A DNA stretch of 32,000 nt. Origin: Sulfurospirillum sp. (lineage in GTDB: Bacteria > Campylobacterota > Campylobacteria > Campylobacterales > Sulfurospirillaceae). Shown here in pieces: positions 9,713 to 16,930 of this stretch (positions within the stretch are counted from its first letter, which is position 1; each line of letters begins with the position of its first letter). Made by a program: the position numbers and the translations under genes. The notes below the pieces were generated by a model. The model made no database searches. It saw only the letters and a list, made by a program, of their open reading frames with translations, and was not told the origin of the DNA. The DNA lies in the NCBI GenBank assembly GCA_014859685.1, contig JACUTU010000001.1, positions 179,416 through 211,415 on the forward strand. Direction: 5' to 3'.

Positions 9713-10053
9713 CAAAGGTACGGCAGGTGATTGCTTAAATATGTTATTTAAGAGGAAAGTCCGGGCTGCTATGAAGCGTAGTTCCGTTTAACAGACGGCT
9801 GGGGTAACCCAAGGGATAGTGCAACAGAGAGTAAACTACCACTTATATGTTTACATGTAGTGGCAAAGGTGAAACGGCGGGGTAAGAGCCCACCAGCGTC
9901 TTGAGCAATCTAGATGGCTTTGTAAACCCAACTTGCAGCAAGAATGGATTGGTTTTGCTTCATAATAAAGACCATTCGCTACAATTTTCTAGCGATAGAA
10001 AATGCAGATAAATAATCACCCACGACAGAACTCGGCTTATCGCCGTACCTTTG
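9713..10053 (+). ncRNA. rnpB: RNase P RNA, bacterial type A
   Basis: Universally conserved 'GAGGAAAGTCCGGGC' is near the 5' end and 'ACAGAACTCGGCTTA' near the 3' end. 'GGTGAAACGGCGGGGTAAGAGCCCACCAG' is also present. The terminal P1 helix is CAAAGGTACGGC (9713-9724) paired with GCCGTACCTTTG (10042-10053). Confidence 0.93.
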
Positions 10054-10131
10054 CAAAAGATAGCAACTCGTGTATTATTTAAGTCAATCAAATGGCTAGA
10101 ATACTCACAACAAGCTCAATGAATTTAAAAT

Positions 10132-10866
10132 TTAATTCCAGATGAGAAGACCCATACGATTTTGGGTTTTTTCCACCACTTTACCATCTTTACAAAAATC
10201 CTGCAAACACACTTCGATAATGCGTTCATCTGGTGTCACGCCACGAATACTCAAATGCCAAGCATATTTTTTGATGGCATCTTTACTTGTGCTTTGAGAT
10301 ATTTTGAGTTCATCAAACTGTTCATAAGCAAAATCTATTTTTTCATCTTTTAACCAATGTGTTAATTTTTTCACACCATTGGGCGGTGTGTAGTTTGCAC
10401 TGTGTGCTTCAAAAAGTGTATTGAGTACATCACTATCTCGCAAACCAGCCCAGCCTAGATAAATCTTTGTGGTAGCACACTTATGAAATTTGATAAAATC
10501 TTCTCTATTTTCAATGGCTGGCGACATTGTGCTTAATGCGATATCAAAGCTTTGTGTGCATTCAAAATCTTGCCAAGAATGTGTACTTGTAAGGATATTT
10601 TTTATCCCTAAATCTTGTGCATCTTGTGCCAATACACTGAGCATTTCACCTGAAAAATCCATGGCAATAACATTTTTAGCTTTTTGGGCAAGTCTGAGTG
10701 TATAAACACCAGTTCCAGCACCCACATCAAGCAAAGAACTTTCTTCAAATATCACGCCTAATTCTTCTATCTTTTGGATAACTTTTGCTTCAAAACGATC
10801 CGGATCTGGATCGTATCTATTGTAGTTTTGTGCTTTTTCATTCCACTTTTGTGCGGTTTTACTCAT
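10132..10866 (-). CDS. Class I SAM-dependent methyltransferase (substrate unknown)
   Basis: 244-aa ORF with SAM-binding motif I 'LLDVGAGTGVYTLRLA' followed by 'VIAMDFSGEML'. Confidence 0.75.
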   Translation of the reverse strand: MSKTAQKWNEKAQNYNRYDPDPDRFEAKVIQKIEELGVIFEESSLLDVGAGTGVYTLRLAQKAKNVIAMDFSGEMLSVLAQDAQDLGIKNILTSTHSWQDFECTQSFDIALSTMSPAIENREDFIKFHKCATTKIYLGWAGLRDSDVLNTLFEAHSANYTPPNGVKKLTHWLKDEKIDFAYEQFDELKISQSTSKDAIKKYAWHLSIRGVTPDERIIEVCLQDFCKDGKVVEKTQNRMGLLIWN

Positions 10867-10943
10867 TCTTTATTCTCTTTTGATGGGATGCGTAATGGTA
10901 TCTTAATATAAATTAATATATCATATAAGTTATTTTATTACAG

Positions 10944-11813
10944 GTGAAATTTATGAAAAAAAGTCTTTTCCGAACTATCATTTTTTACACAGTTTTGCTC
11001 TGTAGCCTCTTCGCTGTATTACTTATTGCATTCTTCTTTTTCAGTAGCTATAAAAATCACCAAATAGAGATTCAAAATATACAAGAAGAGCATATAAAAA
11101 CAACTAGGGAAACGCTTCAGTGGCAAGTAGAGCATTATGTGCAGATGATTGATGCTACAAAAAACAAATATGAAAATCTTCAAAAACAAAAACTTAAAGA
11201 GCGTGTACAGGCGCAAGTTTTAAGTATGCAAGCATTTTTTGATCGCTATAAAGATACGAAAACTACTCAAGAAATCCAAGAGATGATTCTTGCTTCGATG
11301 CGAAATATTCGTTTTGAGGATGGCGGTTACTATTTTATCACAAGACTTGATGGCATTGAAGTGCTGTTTGATCCAAAAAAAGAGCTTGAAGGTACCGATA
11401 TGCTTGCATTGCGCAATAGTAGTGGCGTGTATGTGGTCAAAGAGACTATTGAGCTTGTCAAAAAACAAAATGAAGGTTTTTACCAATACGCTTGGAGCAA
11501 GCCAAATAGTGGCAAAAATGCGGTACAAAAACTCTCTTTTGTAAAACTTTTTGAACCTTTTGGGTGGATCGTTGGTACTGGAAAATATATGGACGATATT
11601 GAAGAGGAGATCAAAAAAGAGATACTTGAAAATGTCCATATGATGCGATTTGATCAAAAAAACAATAACTTTATCTTTATAGGTCAATACAATGGCACAA
11701 GCCTTACTTATCCAGCACTTGGAACAAATATGCTCCATATGCAAGATAAAAATGGGTTTTATATAGTGCAAGAACTTATAAAAACAGCAAAAAATGGAGG
11801 AGGTTTTGTATAG
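10944..11813 (+). CDS. N-terminal fragment of a Cache-domain sensor diguanylate cyclase/phosphodiesterase; ends at an in-frame TAG
   Basis: N-terminal TM helix, then a Cache_2-like module ('GFYQYAWSKPNSGKNAVQKLSFVKLFEPFGWIVGTGKYMDDIE'). A second module starts and is cut by TAG at 11811-11813 in 'NGGGFV*'. It is in the same reading frame as the next ORF. ATG 10953 is an alternative start. Confidence 0.75.
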   Translation: MKFMKKSLFRTIIFYTVLLCSLFAVLLIAFFFFSSYKNHQIEIQNIQEEHIKTTRETLQWQVEHYVQMIDATKNKYENLQKQKLKERVQAQVLSMQAFFDRYKDTKTTQEIQEMILASMRNIRFEDGGYYFITRLDGIEVLFDPKKELEGTDMLALRNSSGVYVVKETIELVKKQNEGFYQYAWSKPNSGKNAVQKLSFVKLFEPFGWIVGTGKYMDDIEEEIKKEILENVHMMRFDQKNNNFIFIGQYNGTSLTYPALGTNMLHMQDKNGFYIVQELIKTAKNGGGFV

Positions 11814-11816
11814 TAT

Positions 11817-13373
11817 GTGATGCCAGAGGTAGGAGATGAAAGAGTTTCTCAAAAACTCAGTTATGTACAGGGGTATCCACAATGGCAGTGGTACATAGGC
11901 ACGGGGTTATATATCGATGATATAGAAAATGATTTGGCTATCAAAAAAACAAAAATGTTTAATGATATGAAACGAATAGGATTTGCCACTTTTATCGTCA
12001 TACTCATAGGATTTTTTGTATTTGCACGCATTCTTTTTGTTTTACAAAAAAAGATGAGCGAAGATTTCACAATTTTTAGGGATTTTTTCAGTAATTTGAT
12101 CGATAAAAATAAAAAAATTAATCTTGCAAAAATTCGTTTTGACGAGTTTGTGCAAATGGGGATTTTTGCTAACAATATGTTAGATGCAAAAGTGCAACTC
12201 GAGGAGCATCTACGGTATTATAAAAAAATTGTTTCTGCTTCATCAGATTTTCTTGCATTGGTCGATAAAAACTCATGTTACTATGCTATAAATCAGACTT
12301 ATCTTGATGCTTTTGGTAAGAAAGAGAGTGAATTTATCGGGCATAGTGCAGTAGATATTTTTGGCTCAAAAGTATTTGAAGAAAAGATAAAACCTTGCAA
12401 TGAGCGCGCCTTGTCTGGTGAGAGTTTTTCGGTTGAAAAATGGTTCGAATTTCCAACTGGTCGCAGATATCTGGAAGTGACATATTTTCCTATCAAAGAA
12501 GAGGGTGAAGAGGTTGCATTTTTTGTTGTGAGTGCTAAAAATATGACCCAAAAAAAACTCGATGCCGATAAGCTTTTAGAGTCTGAACAAAAGTTGCAAT
12601 TTTTAGCTCATTATGATGTACTTACGAATCTTCCAAACAAAACACTCCTTACCGATCGTATAGAGCATGCTATCGCCAATGCTAAACGAGAAGAAAGTAT
12701 GGTTGCTGTGTGTTTCATAGATTTAGATAATTTTAAAAAAATCAATGATGGTTTTGGGCATAGTTATGGCGATGATGTATTGATTCAGAGTACAAAACGC
12801 ATCACACAAGCACTGAGAGCTATTGATACACTATCACGAATAGGTGGTGATGAATTTATTCTTTTGCTTGAACACCTCAAAGATATCATCGAAGTTGAAG
12901 AAGTTATCAAAAAAGTACAAGTCCAATTTACAAAGCCGTTTCTAGTAAAGAATCAGAAATTTTTTATATCCGCAAGTGTCGGTATCGCTTTGTTTCCACA
13001 ACATGGATTAAGTATTGAAGAACTCATCAGAGATGCAGACATCGCTATGTATAAAGCCAAAGATGCCGGAAAAAATACCTATAGATTTTACAATAAAAAT
13101 ATGTCGATGACATCGCAAGTATTCGTAGATATGGAAAATGCACTCAAAGAAGCTATACAACAAGAGCAATTTGTAGTGTATTACCAGCCACAACTCAATC
13201 TTATAAGTGGTGAATGCGTAGGTCTAGAAGCGCTCGTTAGATGGAATCATCCAACAAAAGGCATCATTGCGCCAAATGAATTTATAAAGTTTTGTGAAGA
13301 GTTCGTAATACCTCTAATTTTCTCGAAAAGTATCCTTTTCGTAGCTTTAGTGCGTAACATCAGTGAATTATAA
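11817..13373 (+). CDS. C-terminal fragment of the same sensor: rest of Cache module, TM, PAS, GGDEF, truncated EAL
   Basis: It continues the interrupted Cache motif ('YVMPEVGDERVSQKLSYVQGYPQWQWYIGTGLYIDDIE'). This is followed by a TM helix, a PAS-like region, and GGDEF with an I-site ('RAIDTLSRIGGDEF'). The EAL domain begins ('YYQPQ...GLEALVRWNHP...PNEFI') but stops after about 70 of the expected 240 or so residues. Confidence 0.75.
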   Translation: MMPEVGDERVSQKLSYVQGYPQWQWYIGTGLYIDDIENDLAIKKTKMFNDMKRIGFATFIVILIGFFVFARILFVLQKKMSEDFTIFRDFFSNLIDKNKKINLAKIRFDEFVQMGIFANNMLDAKVQLEEHLRYYKKIVSASSDFLALVDKNSCYYAINQTYLDAFGKKESEFIGHSAVDIFGSKVFEEKIKPCNERALSGESFSVEKWFEFPTGRRYLEVTYFPIKEEGEEVAFFVVSAKNMTQKKLDADKLLESEQKLQFLAHYDVLTNLPNKTLLTDRIEHAIANAKREESMVAVCFIDLDNFKKINDGFGHSYGDDVLIQSTKRITQALRAIDTLSRIGGDEFILLLEHLKDIIEVEEVIKKVQVQFTKPFLVKNQKFFISASVGIALFPQHGLSIEELIRDADIAMYKAKDAGKNTYRFYNKNMSMTSQVFVDMENALKEAIQQEQFVVYYQPQLNLISGECVGLEALVRWNHPTKGIIAPNEFIKFCEEFVIPLIFSKSILFVALVRNISEL

Positions 13374-13385
13374 AAAGTTTTATCT

Positions 13386-13394
13386 TGTTATAAT
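13386..13394 (+). promoter_or_regulatory. Candidate extended -10 promoter (TGtTATAAT) for rrf2-norB
   Basis: TGTTATAAT sits immediately downstream of the truncated EAL ORF. A second TGtTAAAAT at 13477-13485 lies closer to the GTG start. No experimental support. Confidence 0.35.
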
Positions 13395-13511
13395 TTTTTA
13401 CTATGGCTCCTGTTTTGTAGTTTTTGCTTCGTATTTTTATATGCAGCCCCAATAATGAATAAAAGTTATTAAAATATGTTAAAATTTGGCAAATTAGATA
13501 GAGGAGTTTTT

Positions 13512-13922
13512 GTGCATTTTTCCAAAACACTTGAGTATAGTATCTTGATCTTATCTTATATAGCTATACATAATAAAGAAAAAATTTCTTCAGCCTTACT
13601 CAATGAAACGCTAAAAATTCCGTATAAATACCTCACAAAACTCATAACTATTTTAGTAAAAGCAGGTTTAATCAACTCTCAAAAGGGACGCAACGGTGGT
13701 ATAAGTTTAGGAAAACCAGCGTGTGAGATTACCATAGCTTTGATCATGAATGCACTTGATGAAGATTTGCAAGAGGGTAAATGTATCTTGGTAGATGGGA
13801 AATGCGACCCAAAAAATCCTTGCATTATGCACAATACTTGGCTAGAACCTCGATCTTTACTTGAAAAGATAATCCACAAAACTACGCTTGAAGATTTCAT
13901 TTTACAACGAACTCCTAAATAA
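13512..13922 (+). CDS. Rrf2-family transcriptional regulator, NsrR/IscR-like (three-Cys cluster motif)
   Basis: Rrf2 wHTH N-terminus ('FSKTLEYSILILSYIA...LNETLKIPYKYLTKLITILVKAGLINSQKGRNGGISL'). Cys triad 'GKCILVDGKCDPKNPC' matches Fe-S-binding Rrf2 sensors. The start is set to GTG 13512 (AGGAG 5 nt upstream) rather than ATG 13476. Confidence 0.8.
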   Translation: MHFSKTLEYSILILSYIAIHNKEKISSALLNETLKIPYKYLTKLITILVKAGLINSQKGRNGGISLGKPACEITIALIMNALDEDLQEGKCILVDGKCDPKNPCIMHNTWLEPRSLLEKIIHKTTLEDFILQRTPK

Positions 13923-14001
13923 TACTATAAATAAGTAGAATTTAATAAAATTTTCTGTATGCTTCTAAAAATCTACCTTTGAGTAGTAAAAAGGAGTGTT
14001 T

Positions 14002-16230
14002 ATGAGTAATTCATTGGTTTCGCGTTTCATGACCAAAAAAGGTCTTTATGCAATGTTTTGGATCGTTTCTATTTTTATGGTAACAATTCTTATCTATTTT
14101 ACAGCAAATTTGGCAAAAGAGGTTCCGCCACTTCCGTTGTCTGTGAAGAGTGTAGAGGGCAAAGTCTTGTATACAAAAGAAGATATTGTTGAGGGAAAAG
14201 GGTATTTTCAACAATTTGATCTTATGGATTATGGCACAATGCTTGGTATGGGAGCCTATCTTGGGCCAGATTTTTCAACAGAATTTTTGCATAAAAGAGC
14301 TGAATTTCTCAACGAGTATTATGCAAAAGAGATTTATAACAAATCTTGGATATTTCTTACTAATGTTGAGAAAGGTAGTGTTAAAGCTCGAATTATCGAG
14401 GACTTTAAAGAACAAACTTTTTTGAAAGAAAGTGGGGTTGTTTACACAAAAGGGTCGGCTGAAGCATACAAAGCAAATGTTGATTATCTTGTCAATTTTC
14501 TAACAAAAGGTGACAAAACAAGAGCTTGGAGAGGTGGCATTATACGCGAAAATGAAGCTATTCAAATTGCTGCTTTTGTGGATTGGTCACAACTTGTTGC
14601 CTCAACATTACGCCCAGGAACGAAAAGAACATGGTCAAATAATTGGCCAGCAGAGCCACTGATCGATCAAGATATTACGACAATAAGCCATTTTGTTTCT
14701 ATGTGGGAGTTTTTACTTCTGTGGACTTTAACTATAGGCGTTGTGTATCTAGCGTATGAATTTTTATTTAAAAAAGAAGCGCAAGATGGAGAACTAGCAG
14801 AGCCATTGAAGATCACTAAGCTTTTTCCATCGCAAGAAAAACTACTCAAATATGTTCCAATCGTAGCACTTTTTATATTTTTACAAATGGTTCTTGGCGG
14901 TTATTTGGCACATATCTATGCTGATCCTATTGAGAATTTTTTGATTTCACAAGATATTATTCCTTTCAATGTTATGCGTGCTTTACATACTAACTTGGCC
15001 ATCATTTGGGTAGCTATAGGTTGGCTTGTAGGCGGTCTTTTGATAGCACCTATCGTGGCTGGAAAAGATTTGCGATTTCCTCGTTTGGTTGACTTGCTTT
15101 GGGTGGCATTGCTTATAGTTGGTGGTGGCGGACTCATCGGTATCTATATGGGTGCGACTGGGCATATGCGAGATACTTGGTTTTGGCTTGGCAATGAGGG
15201 GCGAGAGTTACTCAATCTTGGACGCGTTTGGGATATCGGCTTAGTTATAGGGCTTGTTTTGTGGTTTGGAATGGTTTATAGTACGATTCGCAATGCAAAA
15301 GGCAACAAACTGCTTATTGGAACTATCATTTGGTCATCTTTTGGTATCGCTACGCTCTATTTAGCTGGGATGTATCCTATCCATAAAATCGCACCAAACT
15401 ATACGGTAGATGATTATTATAGATGGTGGGTTGTACATCTTTGGGTTGAGCTTACATTTGAGCTTTTTGCAGCCGGTGTTATCGCGTATCTTTCTGTGGC
15501 GCTTGGTTTGGTGCGTGAAAAAACAGCTGAGAAGGTAATGCTCTTTGAACTCGGACTTATTATGCTCAGCGGAACGCTAGGAGTTGGACATCATTATTGG
15601 TGGCAAGGTTTAGATGAGTATTGGATAGCAATAGGCGGTATTTTCTCAGCACTCGAACCACTTCCTTTAGCCCTTTTGATGATAGAAGCTATAAAAGAGC
15701 AGCAACACATAAAATCAGAAGGAAAAGCCTTTGATTTTAGCATCCCTTTTATGTGGTTAGCAGGGTCAGCGTTTCTTAATTGGTTTGGAGCAGGATTTTT
15801 AGGTATGGTTATCAATACTCCAACGATAAGTTACTATTCACATGGAACATATCTTATTATGCCACACGCACATGTAGCATTACTTGGTGCATTTGGATAT
15901 ATCTCTATAGCATTTATCTATATGACTGCACGAGCAAACTCTTTGGCAAAAGGCTTAGAGTGGAATGAGTCAATTTCAAAACTAGGATTTTGGTTGCTCA
16001 CTATTGGTGTTGTGCTCTATGCAGTTCCTACGATTGTGATAGGCGTTGAACAAACAGCGGTAGCACACGAATTTGGGTATTATGCAGCAAGAAGTCGTGA
16101 AGTTTTAGAGGGGATGCAGATTTGGATGTGGGTAAGAATGCTTCCAGATGGTATGATGATTTCGGGATCAGCTATTATTTTATATGATACTGTTGCAAAA
16201 ATTTATCTTGCTAAAAGGATAAAAAACTAA
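14002..16230 (+). CDS. norB: Nitric oxide reductase large subunit, single-subunit quinol-dependent (qNOR) type
   Basis: A protein of about 742 aa with a long N-terminal extension plus a 12-TM heme-copper-oxidase-like core. NorB signatures 'WWVVHLWVELTFELFAAG', 'GVGHHYWW' and 'MPHAHVALLGAFG' are present. ATG 14002 has AGGAG 5 nt upstream. Confidence 0.88.
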   Translation: MSNSLVSRFMTKKGLYAMFWIVSIFMVTILIYFTANLAKEVPPLPLSVKSVEGKVLYTKEDIVEGKGYFQQFDLMDYGTMLGMGAYLGPDFSTEFLHKRAEFLNEYYAKEIYNKSWIFLTNVEKGSVKARIIEDFKEQTFLKESGVVYTKGSAEAYKANVDYLVNFLTKGDKTRAWRGGIIRENEAIQIAAFVDWSQLVASTLRPGTKRTWSNNWPAEPLIDQDITTISHFVSMWEFLLLWTLTIGVVYLAYEFLFKKEAQDGELAEPLKITKLFPSQEKLLKYVPIVALFIFLQMVLGGYLAHIYADPIENFLISQDIIPFNVMRALHTNLAIIWVAIGWLVGGLLIAPIVAGKDLRFPRLVDLLWVALLIVGGGGLIGIYMGATGHMRDTWFWLGNEGRELLNLGRVWDIGLVIGLVLWFGMVYSTIRNAKGNKLLIGTIIWSSFGIATLYLAGMYPIHKIAPNYTVDDYYRWWVVHLWVELTFELFAAGVIAYLSVALGLVREKTAEKVMLFELGLIMLSGTLGVGHHYWWQGLDEYWIAIGGIFSALEPLPLALLMIEAIKEQQHIKSEGKAFDFSIPFMWLAGSAFLNWFGAGFLGMVINTPTISYYSHGTYLIMPHAHVALLGAFGYISIAFIYMTARANSLAKGLEWNESISKLGFWLLTIGVVLYAVPTIVIGVEQTAVAHEFGYYAARSREVLEGMQIWMWVRMLPDGMMISGSAIILYDTVAKIYLAKRIKN

Positions 16231-16239
16231 GAAAATAAA

Positions 16240-16269
16240 CAAAGGTGCTTTACATGTAGAGTGCCTTTG
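16240..16269 (+). terminator. Stem-loop between norB and tRNA-Leu (putative bidirectional terminator/processing hairpin)
   Basis: CAAAGGTGCTTTA-CATG-TAGAGTGCCTTTG forms a stem of about 13 bp on the + strand, including 3 G-U pairs. Its apex is the recurrent TTACATGTAG word. A T-rich run follows only on the minus strand (TTTATTTTC); there is no U-tract on the plus strand. Confidence 0.45.
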
Positions 16270-16310
16270 TGAGTTATAAGATAAAATAATCGATAAGAAA
16301 TGTAAGAAGA

Positions 16311-16395
16311 TGGTGCCTGAGGTCGGACTCGAACCGACACATCTTTCGATACCAGATTTTGAGTCTGGCGCGTCTACCAGTTTCACCACTCAGGC
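16311..16395 (-). tRNA. tRNA-Leu (anticodon CAA), class II with long variable arm, CCA encoded
   Basis: The reverse complement reads GCCTGAG...CCAGA-CTCAAAA-TCTGG-(variable arm TATCGAAAGATGTG)-TCGGTTCGAGTCCGA-CCTCAGGC-A-CCA. It has a 7-bp acceptor stem, a CAA anticodon and a GTTCGAGTC T-loop. Confidence 0.92.
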
Positions 16396-16420
16396 GTAAA
16401 TTAGAAATGCAATAGTACAT

Positions 16421-16461
16421 AAAAAAAGCTTAAAGACAATTGAGAAGAGCCTTTAAGCTTT
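16421..16461 (-). terminator. Rho-independent terminator downstream of hup
   Basis: A perfect 11-bp inverted repeat, AAAGCTTAAAG (16425-16435) and CTTTAAGCTTT (16451-16461), has a 15-nt loop. On the minus strand it is followed by a T7 run. It lies 20 nt after the hup stop. Confidence 0.6.
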
Positions 16462-16480
16462 ATGAAGTGTGTTTGTAAAA

Positions 16481-16759
16481 TTAGGCTTTGGAAACAGAGT
16501 CTTTTAGTTTTTTACCAACTTTAAATTTAACTGCTGTAGTTGCGGCTACATCAACAACTCTATCTGTTCCTGGAACTCTTGCTTTTCTAGCCGCTCTTGA
16601 CGCAGTTGAGAAAGTACCAAAACCGATAAAACTCACACTTTTACCAGCTACAAGACCTTCATTGATAGTATCCAATGCTGCATCTACTGCCTTTTGAGTA
16701 TCTTTTTTCGAGAGACCAGCTTTTTCAGCTACCGCTTGAATGAACTCTGCTTTTTTCAT
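16481..16759 (-). CDS. hup: HU-family nucleoid-associated DNA-binding protein
   Basis: 'MKKAEFIQAVAEKAGLSKKDTQKAVDAALDTI...FIGFGTFSTASRAARKARVPGT...KFKVGKKLKD' is a typical HU/IHF fold sequence. The start is moved to the internal ATG (16759) with AAGGA upstream. Confidence 0.9.
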   Translation of the reverse strand: MKKAEFIQAVAEKAGLSKKDTQKAVDAALDTINEGLVAGKSVSFIGFGTFSTASRAARKARVPGTDRVVDVAATTAVKFKVGKKLKDSVSKA

Positions 16760-16872
16760 TACTAAATCCTTTAAAAGTATTGTTATGAGGGCATTGTACA
16801 ATTTTTTTTAGCAAATTACAATAATATTGTTTAAAAATTAAATAAAACGCACAAAAAGACGATTTTTGTGTA

Positions 16873-16889
16873 TGGAACTTTATTTGCTT
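16873..16889 (+). promoter_or_regulatory. Sigma-54 (RpoN) -24/-12 promoter upstream of flgL
   Basis: TGGAAC-N5-TTGCTT has the canonical GG-N10-GC spacing (GG 16874-16875, GC 16886-16887), about 45 nt upstream of the flgL ATG. It matches the GGAAC/TTGC form used for flagellar class 2 genes in Campylobacter and Helicobacter. Confidence 0.65.
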
Positions 16890-16930
16890 TGCTTACTTGT
16901 AAGGCAAAAGCCCTAAAAAGAGAGGATCTT

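Noticed and set aside
11220-11882. 220-aa ORF on the minus strand inside the Cache-sensor gene
   Set aside because: It is entirely antisense to an ORF with clear Cache/GGDEF homology. The translation is low-complexity (F/I/K/L-rich), as expected for the reverse frame of AT-rich coding DNA. There is no RBS and no recognisable motif.
13403-13412. ATGGCTCCTG resembles ATGGTGCCTG at the tRNA-Leu 3' end (16310-16319), a possible att-like direct repeat flanking the nsrR-norB cassette
   Set aside because: Only 8 of 10 positions match, which is within chance for a 32-kb window. There is no integrase or other mobility gene, so I do not call a genomic island boundary.
13937-13956. AT-rich imperfect inverted repeat AGAATTTAATAAAATTTTCT between rrf2 and norB, as a possible NsrR operator
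   Set aside because: The symmetry is poor beyond AGAA/TTCT and is easily produced by chance in AT-rich spacer DNA. It does not resemble the NsrR half-site (AAGATGCNTTT) well enough.
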